From positions 620,001-684,000 of the forward strand of contig CAXXQE010000008.1 in assembly GCA_963665615.2 (NCBI GenBank): a DNA stretch of 64,000 nucleotides, in the 5' to 3' direction. The position numbers and the translations under genes are program-made. Origin of the DNA: Syntrophales bacterium (GTDB taxonomy: Bacteria > Desulfobacterota > Syntrophia > Syntrophales > UBA4778). The notes beneath the pieces are model-generated. The model was given only the letters and a program-made list of their open reading frames with translations. It made no database searches and was not told where the DNA came from. Positions 20,017-29,877 of this stretch are shown one piece after another. Within the stretch, counting starts at the first letter, position 1; each line of letters starts with the position of its first letter.

Positions 20017-20776
20017 GGGGTTGCCTCCGATTCGGAGCATGCGGCTTTCATTGATCTGGCCTGTCGCGACAAAGAAGATCAGCAGTGCGAGCCCGATCAA
20101 CGCAAGCCAGGCCCTCCCGGCGCGGCGCCCAACGACCGGTGAAGCGTAGATGAAGCGCAGCCGCATAGAAGCACCAGATAGAAGCGGAGCTTAAGTGGCG
20201 CATGTTCCAGTGGAACGGTGTTCCCCATCCGAGATAGGACCAGACGGCGCCGCTTACTTGTGCCAGGCTGTAACAGACGAACCCCCAAGTCATGAAGGCA
20301 CGAAAGCCCATGGCCTTCTGGCGGCCGGTCAGGTGCAGCAGCGCAAACCAGGCTGCCGCCAGGAAGAAGGCGTGTGCTCAGTCCTTCGAATGCAAAAAAA
20401 AACGGGCGGCCAGACCGAGACCATGAACGGAGAGGGAGCCTGAACGCCCAGGGGTGCGAAAAGCGCCCAGGCAAGCGTAAGGCAGCCTGGCACAATGAGA
20501 GATGCGCCGTCAGACGTCTTCACAGCATGCGGACGACCGACGATCAGCGTAATCAGTGCCATGCACCAGGGAAGAAAAAATGATTTCCTCGAAGATAACG
20601 TAGGGTAGAAAGACGCCCGTAAATATGGCGCGGTCCGCAATCAAAGCAGTCCAAGGGAGAAGTCCTGCCAGAAGCAGATAGAACATCCCCGTCCGGAATC
20701 CAAAAAGGTATGCGGGCAGCCCCAGAAAGATCAGGGCTGATGCGCTATATAAGACAGATGGAGAAATAACCTGCAT
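20013..20776 (-). pseudogene. CcsA/ResC-like protein with divergent WWD motif (frameshifted; ends approximate)
   Basis: WGFVCYSLAQVSGAVWSYLGWGTPFHWNMRHLSSASIWCFYAAALHL; pieces lie in several frames. Confidence 0.65.
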
Positions 20777-20956
20777 AAACGGCAACCAAAGTGTTTTTAG
20801 GGCTCTGGTCAGATTTCTCTGTGAACGCTATGAAATCGCTAGAAGACCTGTCCAGGCAGCGTGCGAAAGATCGTTCCCGACGGTTTGTCCAAAGCAATAT
20901 CATTCACGGATATTGCTTCAAAGAACATCTGGAAGTGCTGACGCTTTAAAAATAAG

Positions 20957-20980
20957 CGCTATACATATCTTGAAACAACG
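20957..20980. promoter_or_regulatory. Possible ModE-like box
   Basis: CGCTATACA-N6-GAAACAACG vs consensus CGNTATATA-N6-TATATANCG (4 mismatches). Confidence 0.35.
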
Positions 20981-21224
20981 ACCTTTTCAACCGATAATTT
21001 AGAAAAATTTACTACTAAAACAAAGTATTACGCTATTTCCATTATGAATACTTCCTGGCGCAGGCCAGCGATTTCGGCTGCGTCCTAAAATCGTTGGAGA
21101 TTCGCCGGCCACCGGCGAGCCTCCGCTTCTTAACGGACTCATTTCCCTTGACGATCAGGCGACATCTTGTAAAGATGAAACGAAATAAAGTTCATCATCG
21201 ACAGTAGTTTTTTGGGGGGGCTAT

Positions 21225-21506
21225 ATGGAAACGAAGCACATTTACGGTGACGACAGGGGCAAGGTGATGCTTTATGCCCTGAGCACCTGCGTCTGGTGTA
21301 AAAAGACAAAGGAACTGCTCCAACAACTCCACGTGGGATTCGACTATGTCGATGTGGATCATCTCGGCGAGAGGGAGCGACAGCAGGCGATGGATGAGAT
21401 CAAGAAGTGGAACCCGCCTTGTTCCTTTCCCTCCATGATCATCGACAACAGCCAGTGCATTGTCGGATTCAAGGAACAACAACTTCGGGAGCGGTTCGGA
21501 TCATGA
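21225..21506 (+). CDS. Glutaredoxin/NrdH-like redoxin
   Basis: YALSTCVWCKK, SFPSMII, IVGF. Confidence 0.88.
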   Translation: METKHIYGDDRGKVMLYALSTCVWCKKTKELLQQLHVGFDYVDVDHLGERERQQAMDEIKKWNPPCSFPSMIIDNSQCIVGFKEQQLRERFGS

Positions 21507-22016
21507 GTGCGCCGGACCGCATCGAGTCGAACGTCGATCGCCTCTACCTGACCTTGAAAAAAGCGGCGGAGGCGGCCGGTTATCAACTGAACAGCGACGA
21601 GGCTTTCGTGAGGGATCTGATTCAGGGACTTCTCGTCAACGATGGATCGCTACGGTTACCCCGCCTGTCCGTGCCGATTGGCCTCCGGAATCGCGGCAGA
21701 GGACCGCGACATCGTTTGCCCCTGCGATTATCGCGATCCGGATCTCGCCGATTACGGCGCCTGTTACTGCGCCCTCTATGTTTCACAGGCCGTTCTCGAG
21801 GGTCGCCGGAACCTCGAATCGATCCCGGAGCGCAGACCTGCGCCGGAATCGCGCCACCTTTATACCGAGGCAGAACCCGATCCACTACCCGAGCGCACGC
21901 TGGCCTATCCGGTCTGGCGGTGCCGAGTCTGCGGCTATCTGTGCGCCCGGGAAACGCCGCCCGAAGCCTGTCCGATCTGCAAGGCCAAGAAGGATCGGTT
22001 TGAGCGGTTTATGTAA
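21503..22016 (+). CDS. Ferredoxin:thioredoxin reductase catalytic subunit fused to a rubredoxin-like domain (frameshift near 21640)
   Basis: [20 protein letters not shown] motifs; C-terminal WRCRVCGY...CPIC; N-terminal part in another frame; ATGA overlap with redoxin. Confidence 0.8.
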
Positions 22017-22023
22017 AAAGATA

Positions 22024-22214
22024 GTGACGGGTGACAAGTTACAAGTTACAAGCTCACAAGAACGAAGTTGAGAAGATAAGTCACGGGGAGGTTGTGCAGA
22101 GAAAAGACCCGGATACCCGTTTCCGCGGGCCCGATCGGTGTAAGTATCTGTTGTAGGGAAGTCGTTAACCGGGATTCGTTTTTACTTGTCACTCGTTACT
22201 CGTAACTCGTAACT
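22024..22214. repeat. Inverted pair of degenerate heptamer tandem repeats (representative of many copies)
   Basis: GTGACGG GTGACAA GTTACAA GTTACAA at 22024; ACTTGTC ACTCGTT ACTCGTA ACTCGTA at 22184. Confidence 0.7.
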
Positions 22215-22215
22215 T

Positions 22216-23049
22216 TTATGCGCTGAGGAAGACCCGAAGGGTTCGGAAGACATTCCACAGCAGCACGGCTGCGGTGACGATCAGGCAGACGTTGCCAAGG
22301 AAACGATCGGCCAGGGAGTCGGTCCGCCGGTCCTGGTAGTCGAGCGCGAAGGCCAGAAAGACGCCCGCAGCCAGTCCCCCGCCATGGGCCCAGTTATTGA
22401 TGCCCGGCACCAGAAAACCAAAGAAGACCAGCCCCATGATCCATCCCGTTGCCTGTTTGTAGATTGCCTGTCCGTAAAAGCCGCCACGGCTCTTGCCATA
22501 ATAGAGCACGGCGCCGATGAGTCCTGTCAGCGCGGCCGACGCGCCGATAGTCAGGGGGACCCCCGCCAGGAAGGAGAGGAAGAAGCCGGCTATGCCGCTG
22601 ACCACATAGATGATGATAAAGCGGTTGAAGCCGTACTCGTGGATCACAAAGGGGCCGAGTTGGTGCAGGGCCATCATATTGAAGACAATATGGAGGATGC
22701 TGCCGTGGAGAAAGGATGCGGCGATCAGGCTCTGCCATTGGCCCAGCCTGATGGGAAGGGTTCCTGACGCCCCGAGCCAGACCAGGATGTCGTTAGAAGG
22801 GGAAAAAAAGGACAGGGGGTTGGCGCCCATGCCGATCTGTGCGGGCCTCAGTAAAATGGACAGGATGAAAAAAGCCGCGTTGGTGTAAATGAGCAACCTT
22901 ACGGCATCTTCTGGATTTTTGAGCAGAGCGCCGGCAAATCGCCTCTTCCACCACGCTCCTGGATGAGACAGGCCGCAATAGGGGCAGGCCGGTTCGTCGG
23001 AGCTGATCAGCCGCCGGCAGCGGGGACATAACAATGATTTCTTTTCCAT
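22216..23049 (-). CDS. Rhomboid intramembrane serine protease with N-terminal Zn ribbon
   Basis: CPRC..CPYC; FLHGSILHIVFNM, GASA, NWAHGGG. Confidence 0.9.
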   Translation of the reverse strand: MEKKSLLCPRCRRLISSDEPACPYCGLSHPGAWWKRRFAGALLKNPEDAVRLLIYTNAAFFILSILLRPAQIGMGANPLSFFSPSNDILVWLGASGTLPIRLGQWQSLIAASFLHGSILHIVFNMMALHQLGPFVIHEYGFNRFIIIYVVSGIAGFFLSFLAGVPLTIGASAALTGLIGAVLYYGKSRGGFYGQAIYKQATGWIMGLVFFGFLVPGINNWAHGGGLAAGVFLAFALDYQDRRTDSLADRFLGNVCLIVTAAVLLWNVFRTLRVFLSA

Positions 23050-23197
23050 GGAGCGTAACGTTTCAAGTTCAAAGTTAAAAATTATGGCCATTCGTAATCA
23101 ACGGAGTCATAACAGCATCGAGGGCCCTTGTAAAGCAAAAGCACCCACTGTATTTACGAATCGATTAAAAGGTGATATAGGAATACAAAAAGTTGTC

Positions 23198-24457
23198 ATG
23201 ACCTCATCTCTCAAAGTTGGCGATTGCCTCGAAGCAACGATCGAAACGATTGCTTTCGGTGGTGACGGCGTCGGCAGAGTGGCGGGCCTTGTTGTTTTCG
23301 TCCCCTATACCGCGGCAGGCGATCGGGTTAAAGTCCGGATCACGACCGCCAAGAAGAACTACCTCAGGGGGCGGATCGAGAACGTCCTCCATTCCTCTCA
23401 GAGCCGGACTCAACCGAAATGCCGATATTATATGCTGTGCGGCGGCTGTCACTATCAGCACATTACGTACGAACACCAGCTCCAGTTAAAGAAAAATCAG
23501 ATAGCGGAAACTTACCGGAAAATAGGACGGATGGACCTCTTCGAGGTGGAAGACTGCATCCCCTCCCCGAAGGAGTACCACTATCGGGGAAAGGCCGAGT
23601 TCCACATCGAATGCTTCAGCGGGCGCATTGCCCGTGGCTTGCAGCGGCGTAAGCGAGCGCATCAGGGCGAAACCCCTTCCTTTGCCCTGGGCTTTATGCC
23701 CGCCAGAGGGAACCGGACCATAGACATCGACCGATGCGAGATCGTTGACGAAAGCATCAACCGAGCCTACGCTGCCTATCGAGCGCGTCTCCGGAAGGAA
23801 CACCGGCCCGCTTCTGACGGCGATCTTCTGCTCTGGTCCGAGGGCAATCCAGCCCCGCTGTCCCCGGTATTGCCGGAGGAAGACAGCCTTTCCCTGATCA
23901 CGCGTCAGGTCAAGGGATGTACCCATTGGGTTCCGCGCGACGGTTTCTTTCAGGCGAACCTGAGCCTGATTGACGGCCTGGTCGAAAGCGTTCTGACCGC
24001 CTGCGATCTGAAGGGGACCGAAACGGTGGTGGACGGATTCTGTGGCTCCGGCCTTTTTGCCCTCTTTGCCGCCAGGCAGTGTCGGCATGTGATCGGCGTG
24101 GAGATGAACCCCGATGCTGTCCATTGTGCACGGCTCAACGCGCAGTTGTTTGGTTGCAGCAATGCGACCTTTTACGCGACGACGACGGAGGATCTGCTGG
24201 CGAAGTTGATGGCCGATCGAACGACCGCAGACGTGGTTATTCTGGACCCGCCGCGCGTCGGCTGTACCCCGGAGGTGGTGGCGGGCGTGATCGCCCTGGC
24301 GCCCGGACGGATCGTCTATGTGTCGTGCGATCCGGCAACCCAGGCGAGGGACCTGTGCCGGTTTATCGACCAGGGATATCGGGTGGAGAGGATTCAGCCA
24401 ATCGACATGTTCCCTCAAACTAAACATATCGAGGTGATTGCAACACTGAGAAAGTGA
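23198..24457 (+). CDS. RNA m5U methyltransferase, RlmD/TrmA family
   Basis: TRAM domain, CxxxxxCGGC, FFQAN, LDPPR, YVSCDPATQARD, DMFPQTKHIE. Confidence 0.92.
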   Translation: MTSSLKVGDCLEATIETIAFGGDGVGRVAGLVVFVPYTAAGDRVKVRITTAKKNYLRGRIENVLHSSQSRTQPKCRYYMLCGGCHYQHITYEHQLQLKKNQIAETYRKIGRMDLFEVEDCIPSPKEYHYRGKAEFHIECFSGRIARGLQRRKRAHQGETPSFALGFMPARGNRTIDIDRCEIVDESINRAYAAYRARLRKEHRPASDGDLLLWSEGNPAPLSPVLPEEDSLSLITRQVKGCTHWVPRDGFFQANLSLIDGLVESVLTACDLKGTETVVDGFCGSGLFALFAARQCRHVIGVEMNPDAVHCARLNAQLFGCSNATFYATTTEDLLAKLMADRTTADVVILDPPRVGCTPEVVAGVIALAPGRIVYVSCDPATQARDLCRFIDQGYRVERIQPIDMFPQTKHIEVIATLRK

Positions 24458-24464
24458 GCGTCTT

Positions 24465-25304
24465 ATGCCCGTTGTTCATCCCAGAAACGCCTCAACCCTC
24501 ATCTTGATGCGTCCCTGTCGGGACAAAGTGCGGGGAGTTTTCGAGGTCCTCATGGTCTTGCGGCATCCGACCAACAAGTTTGCGCCCGAGGCGTACGTTT
24601 TTCCGGGCGGCGCGCTGGACCCCGGCGACTGTAACGGCCTATACGAACCCTTCTGTCACGGTCTCGATCGACGGAGGGCCGCTCGAAGCATTCCGGACAT
24701 GCCCGGTCCCGAGCATTCCCTGGGGGCCTGGATCGCGGTTGTCCGCGAATGCTTTGAAGAGGTCGGTATTCTCCCGGCCTACACCTCAGACGGCGCCCTG
24801 CTGTCTTTTTCATCAGCTGCAACAGCGGCTCGCTTCCGACAGCACCGTCGTGACCTTAATGCCAGGAAGATCACGTTGGACCAGATCCTTCAGATAGAGA
24901 ATCTCCGTCTGGCAACCGACCGGATCTTCTACTACTCGCACTGGATCACGCCGGAACTCTCGCCTATTCGCTACGACGTCCGCTTCTTTGTCACGATTGC
25001 CCCGGAATATCAACACCCGCAGCACGATGAGCACGAACTGACGGATCATATCTGGATTACGCCTCAGGAGGCCCTTGCTGCCAATGGCTGCAATAATTTT
25101 TTTATGGTTCTGCCGACGTTGATGACCATGCGGGAACTGTCCTTTTTCAAAACGACCCGCGATGTCATGGTATCCACGCAGTACAAGAGTATTTCGCCGA
25201 TTTTGACCCGGCTGATCCCGCGCAACAAGGATTATGTCGAAATCATGCCGGACGGGGCGCACTTTGCCCCGTCCCCCGTCTGCCTTGGACCGTCGGAAAG
25301 CTGA
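24465..25304 (+). CDS. NUDIX hydrolase
   Basis: VFPGG, RECFEEVG, HWITP, RYDVRFF. Confidence 0.85.
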   Translation: MPVVHPRNASTLILMRPCRDKVRGVFEVLMVLRHPTNKFAPEAYVFPGGALDPGDCNGLYEPFCHGLDRRRAARSIPDMPGPEHSLGAWIAVVRECFEEVGILPAYTSDGALLSFSSAATAARFRQHRRDLNARKITLDQILQIENLRLATDRIFYYSHWITPELSPIRYDVRFFVTIAPEYQHPQHDEHELTDHIWITPQEALAANGCNNFFMVLPTLMTMRELSFFKTTRDVMVSTQYKSISPILTRLIPRNKDYVEIMPDGAHFAPSPVCLGPSES

Positions 25305-25331
25305 TCGTATCGAAACCCACAGGAGGCCACT

Positions 25332-26120
25332 ATGAAACTCAACGAACTGTTCTCTCTCAAGGGCAAGACGGCGCTGGTTACCGGAGGTGGCCGGGGGATC
25401 GGGCGCTTCATCGCCGCCGGACTGGCGGAGGCGGGTGCGGATCTGATCATCGTTTCACGAAAGCTGAAGGCCCTGGAGGTGGCGGCCGAGAAACTTCGGG
25501 CGGATTTCGGTGTCAGGGTACAGCCGATTGCCTGCGATCTGGGCAAAGAAGACGAAATCAGTGCCATGCTTACGGAGGCTAGGAGCCAGTTCCCCCGGAT
25601 CGATATCCTGGTGAACAATGCGGGGGCGACCTGGGGGGCGCCCACCCTCGAATTCCCGCTGGAACGCTGGGACCAACTCTTCAATGTCAACGTCCGCGGC
25701 GTGTGGATCCTTACGCAAAAGGTGGCGCTTCTGATGAAGGAACAGGGGGGCGGCAACATCATCAACATCTCGTCGATCATGGGCTTCCGCGGATCGGAGG
25801 AAGCGAGCCACCCCGCCATCCCCTACAACTCCACAAAAGCGGCGATCAACCTGCTGACCATGAACCTGGCCGTCAAGCTCGCTCCGCATAAAATCCGGGT
25901 CAACGCGATCGCCCCGGGATTCTTCCGGACCGATATGATGGCCTATATCGAAAAGCCTGAATTCAAGCCCGCCTACGACGCTGTCCTCCATTCGATTCCC
26001 TTGCACCGCATGGGGGATCTCGACGACATGAAAGGGGTCGCCGTCTTCCTGGCTTCCGATGCCTCGTCTTATGTCAACGGCCATGTTCTGGTCGTAGACG
26101 GCGGATCGTTGGCGAAATAG
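25332..26120 (+). CDS. Short-chain dehydrogenase/reductase
   Basis: TGGGRGIG, NNAG, YNSTK, VNAIAPG. Confidence 0.93.
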   Translation: MKLNELFSLKGKTALVTGGGRGIGRFIAAGLAEAGADLIIVSRKLKALEVAAEKLRADFGVRVQPIACDLGKEDEISAMLTEARSQFPRIDILVNNAGATWGAPTLEFPLERWDQLFNVNVRGVWILTQKVALLMKEQGGGNIINISSIMGFRGSEEASHPAIPYNSTKAAINLLTMNLAVKLAPHKIRVNAIAPGFFRTDMMAYIEKPEFKPAYDAVLHSIPLHRMGDLDDMKGVAVFLASDASSYVNGHVLVVDGGSLAK

Positions 26121-26218
26121 GCGGCGCGGCGCAGCCGCAAAGACCGAAGTTAAGAAGTTGAGCAGAGAACAACAATCAAAAGAACACGGTTGCTTAACTT
26201 CTCAGCCTCTTAACTTCT

Positions 26219-27937
26219 CTACTTCTTTCCCTTCCGCTTCTTCGCCATAAACGCATTTGTGGCCTTGAAGGAATCGCGCCGGGGGCGTTCCGGATTTTTC
26301 CGCTGTTGCTCTCTTCTGTCTGCATAGTCGATCAGAATGCTGCGCCCCTGAAACTTCTTCCGTTCGAACTTCGCAATCACAAAGGGGGCCACCTGTGCGT
26401 CGATCTCAAAGAAGGAGCGGTTGCGGGTCACCTCCATGCGGTCGATCGGCAGGGTTGGCAGATTGAGCCTGTCGGTCAGGAAGGTCCGCAGGCTGCGATC
26501 GGTGAAGCGATCGACCTGCCCCAGGTTGATGACGAGCCGGACCATTGTCAGGCGGGCGACCTTCTTCTCCCGCGGCTTGTCTTTCTCTTGTTTGAGCGTG
26601 ACGTTGAGATCGACGGCGTTGCGATAGTCGTTCAGAAAGCGTTTTCCCTCCATCGACACGATGCGCCGGATGAGATCTTCCTTGCTCAACTCCCTAAGGC
26701 GCTCATCAATAGCGGGGCGAAACGCGTCAAGCGCATCATAGCAAACCTCCGTGTCCCGAATCCGATCGACCAGATGCAGGAGCTGTTTTTCGCAGACTTC
26801 CCAGCCGGTCGGAATCCTGACCTGTTCAAAGGGGCGTCCGATCTGCCTTTCGATCTGCCGGATGCGATAAACTTCCTTCAGATTCACGATGACGACGGAG
26901 ATCCCGGATCGCCCTGCACGTCCTGTGCGTCCACTGCGGTGCGTGTAGTTCTCGATGTCGTCGGGCAGGTTATAGTTGATGATGTGGGTCACACTGGAAA
27001 CATCGATCCCTCGGGCCGCCACGTCGGTCGCCACCAGCATCTGAAGCTGACGGGCGCGAAAGCGTTTCATGACGTGGTCTCGCTGTGTCTGTGACAGCTC
27101 GCCGTGCAGGGCATCGGCGTTATAGCCGTCCTTGATCAGAGCGTCGGCGATTTCCTGCGTCTCCTGACGCGTCCGGCAGAAGACAATGGCATAGACCCCG
27201 GGGTAATAGTCGGCAATCCGCCTCAGGGCAGCATACCGGTCTTTCGCATGAACGACGTAATATTGATGCTGAACTGTCTCGGCGCCGGCGTTCTTCGCGC
27301 CGATCGTAATGGCCTTCGGTGTTTTCATATAGCCGTCTGCAATCGCCTCGACGCCGCGGGGCATTGTCGCCGAGAAGAGCAGAACCCGTTTCCCCTCCGG
27401 GGTGCCGGAGAGGATTGCATCGAGATCCTCCTTGAACCCCATATCGAGCATTTCGTCGGCCTCGTCCAGAACAAGCCAATCGATCGCCGAAACATCGATC
27501 TTCCGGCGTGACAGCAGATCGAGCATTCGGCCCGGGGTGGCCACAACGATCTGCGCGCCGGCCGCCACCTGCTTGATTTGCGTGACGATATTGGCGCCGC
27601 CGTAGATCGGCACAATGGTCAGGCGGCCCATGTGACGGGCCAGACGCTTCAGATCCTCGGTGATCTGGACGCATAGCTCACGGGTGGGCGCCAGGATAAG
27701 CGCCTGGGTTTTTGCCGATGCCGAATTGATCCGCTGAAGGATGGGGATGCCGAAGGCGGCCGTCTTGCCGGTGCCTGTCTGGGCCAGGGCGATGAGATCC
27801 TGCTCTTCCTGCAGCAAAAAGGGAATGACCCGGGCCTGAACAGGCATCGGGTGCTCAAAGCCCAATTCCGTCGCAGCCTGGAGGATGCGGCTGTCGATGC
27901 CCAGAGACTCGAATGTAAGGGAAGGTGTTGTTTTAAT
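26219..27937 (-). CDS. DEAD-box RNA helicase (DeaD/CshA-like), probable ATT start
   Basis: Q motif TFESLG...GFEHPMPVQ, GTGKT, PTREL, DEAD, SAT, ARGID, HRSGRTGR, C-terminal DbpA-like domain. Confidence 0.92.
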   Translation of the reverse strand: MKTTPSLTFESLGIDSRILQAATELGFEHPMPVQARVIPFLLQEEQDLIALAQTGTGKTAAFGIPILQRINSASAKTQALILAPTRELCVQITEDLKRLARHMGRLTIVPIYGGANIVTQIKQVAAGAQIVVATPGRMLDLLSRRKIDVSAIDWLVLDEADEMLDMGFKEDLDAILSGTPEGKRVLLFSATMPRGVEAIADGYMKTPKAITIGAKNAGAETVQHQYYVVHAKDRYAALRRIADYYPGVYAIVFCRTRQETQEIADALIKDGYNADALHGELSQTQRDHVMKRFRARQLQMLVATDVAARGIDVSSVTHIINYNLPDDIENYTHRSGRTGRAGRSGISVVIVNLKEVYRIRQIERQIGRPFEQVRIPTGWEVCEKQLLHLVDRIRDTEVCYDALDAFRPAIDERLRELSKEDLIRRIVSMEGKRFLNDYRNAVDLNVTLKQEKDKPREKKVARLTMVRLVINLGQVDRFTDRSLRTFLTDRLNLPTLPIDRMEVTRNRSFFEIDAQVAPFVIAKFERKKFQGRSILIDYADRREQQRKNPERPRRDSFKATNAFMAKKRKGKK

Positions 27938-28301
27938 AATCTGGTCCTCGCTTGTTTGTTCGATTTAATTCTGTTCGGTGAAGTCCGTGAGCCCCAGCGA
28001 CGGATCTGCAAGCTGCGGCCGGCAGCAGATTAATTCGGTCCTGTATCAACGGGAGAAGAAGGGGCGTCCAGAATGGTCTCTGAGGCACTCGGTTGCGCTT
28101 CCCGCTGGAAAGCCGCCAATGCTCTGACGGGAAAGGCTGGTCTGACTTCTACATCGTCACGGTAAAAACCGCCGCTAAAACGACTCACACAATGGAGCTC
28201 GTATACCACACCTCCGGGTAGAATACCATTCATGATATCCGTTGCATGGGAGCCGCTTCCCATATTAGGATAGAACAAAACACACCCATCGGGAGAATGT
28301 T

Positions 28302-28649
28302 ATGATCAGTCAATGGATACAGGAAATCAAGGCGACATGCCCGCCTGAAAAACTCGGCATGATCCTCATTCACAACGGCGTTGTCCGGGCGACGTCCAAG
28401 AAGGGCGATTCCGTGCAGGCGATGCAACTCAGCTACGACCGCGACGCGCTTGAACGTCTTGTGCAAACCATGAAGGCGCGCGACGGTATCGCTGAGATCC
28501 GCGTCTGGATCAACGAGGGGCGCCTCAAGATCGGAGACGACATCATGGCAGTCTGCGTGGCCGGGCGCTTCCGCACCGATGTTCTCCCCGTCTTTGAAGA
28601 ACTGATTGCAACGATCAAGCGGGAGATCGTCAGGGAACAAGAGCTCTGA
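28302..28649 (+). CDS. moaE: Molybdopterin synthase MoaE-like protein (short form)
   Basis: GMILIHNGVVR, INEGRLKIGDDIM, VAGRFR. Confidence 0.8.
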   Translation: MISQWIQEIKATCPPEKLGMILIHNGVVRATSKKGDSVQAMQLSYDRDALERLVQTMKARDGIAEIRVWINEGRLKIGDDIMAVCVAGRFRTDVLPVFEELIATIKREIVREQEL

Positions 28650-28680
28650 ACTGTACGTTCAGGTGAGGGTTCGACTCAAT

Positions 28681-28713
28681 AAAAAAGGCAGGGCCCTCAA
28701 GGGTCCTGCCTTT
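28681..28713. terminator. Terminator between convergent moaE and GNAT genes
   Basis: A6-GGCAGGGCCC-TCAA-GGGTCCTGCC-TTT. Confidence 0.75.
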
Positions 28714-28755
28714 AAAATGGAAACCGCAGTCGGACAGCCGATTACGGCCGTTACC

Positions 28756-29187
28756 CTAATCTGTAAACCCTTTGGCCTGCATGACCTCCGGAGGGGTGAA
28801 TCGCGCCATCCCGGTCTTCATGTGCCGAAATCCCGACTTCCGGTAAAAGCCCTCCTTGCCGATAGCGGCGTAGAGAATGACATTGCAAGTCGATGGCAAA
28901 CCGTCCAACAGGGTATGCATGATCGCGGTGCCGATGCCTGCTCGCTGATATTCGGGAATCACGGCGACATCGTAGATCGCCGCCTGATAAGTACCGTCTG
29001 AAATCGCGCGTCCAAATCCGATCAGCCGATTCTCCCGATAGACAAAGACAGACTGATAACTGGCTTCGAAGGCCTTCCGGTGCAGGTCCGGCGGGTGCCA
29101 TGCCATCCCGACCCGCTTCAGGGTCTCGGAAACCAGCCCCCAGTCCACACCGGTGCAATCGGTTCGGATCAGCCAGTCTTCCTTCAT
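28756..29187 (-). CDS. GNAT acetyltransferase
   Basis: IGFGRAISDG, VAVIPEYQRAGIG, GFY.K.GF. Confidence 0.9.
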   Translation of the reverse strand: MKEDWLIRTDCTGVDWGLVSETLKRVGMAWHPPDLHRKAFEASYQSVFVYRENRLIGFGRAISDGTYQAAIYDVAVIPEYQRAGIGTAIMHTLLDGLPSTCNVILYAAIGKEGFYRKSGFRHMKTGMARFTPPEVMQAKGFTD

Positions 29188-29212
29188 GGTCGATGCCTTT
29201 TCCCTTGGGCTG

Positions 29213-29785
29213 TCAGAACTTCACCTGAGGCGCAGCCTTGGCCGCCGCCGGCGCCTCGAAAAAGGCCGCGGGTGTGAAACCGAACATCCCTGCCAGCAGA
29301 TTGGCCGGGAAACTCTTAACCTTGATGTTATAGGCCTGAACCGCTTCATTGTAACGGCGGCGCTCCACGGCGATCCGGTTTTCCGTGCCTGCCAGCTCGT
29401 CCTGCAGCCGGATGAAGTTCTGATTGGCCTTGAGATCGGGATAGCGCTCCACAACGAGAAGCAACCGGCTCAATGCGCCCGTCAACTGGTTATTGGCCGC
29501 GATTTTTTCCGGTACGCTCTTGGCCGCTCCGACCTGACCTCGGGCATTTGTAACCTCGATCAGGACGTCTTTCTCATGCTTGGCATACCCCTTAACGGTT
29601 TCCACGAGGTTGGGGATCAAGTCGTAGCGGCGCTGGAGTTGGTTTTCCACCTGCGCCCAGGAGGCCTTCACCCCTTCGTTCATGGTGACAAAGCTGTTAT
29701 AGGTCCCTTTCACAAAGGAATACAACCCGATCACAATCACAACAAAAACCGCCAGCACAATCAACAGAATCTTCTTACCACTCAT
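29213..29785 (-). CDS. lemA: LemA family protein
   Basis: WAQVENQLQRRYDLIPNLV, YPDLKANQNF, TENRIAVERRRYN. Confidence 0.95.
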   Translation of the reverse strand: MSGKKILLIVLAVFVVIVIGLYSFVKGTYNSFVTMNEGVKASWAQVENQLQRRYDLIPNLVETVKGYAKHEKDVLIEVTNARGQVGAAKSVPEKIAANNQLTGALSRLLLVVERYPDLKANQNFIRLQDELAGTENRIAVERRRYNEAVQAYNIKVKSFPANLLAGMFGFTPAAFFEAPAAAKAAPQVKF

Positions 29786-29877
29786 GTCTTTCCCTCCATA
29801 ATAAGGTTGCTTCCATGTCCCGGTACTTGCGGCAGTGCGGCCTGCAACATGCCGCGAAAGCCACCATCAGTAGCTTG

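Noticed and set aside
23486..24427. 313-aa minus-strand ORF and similar overlapping ORFs
   Set aside because: Antisense to well-supported genes, no recognisable motifs
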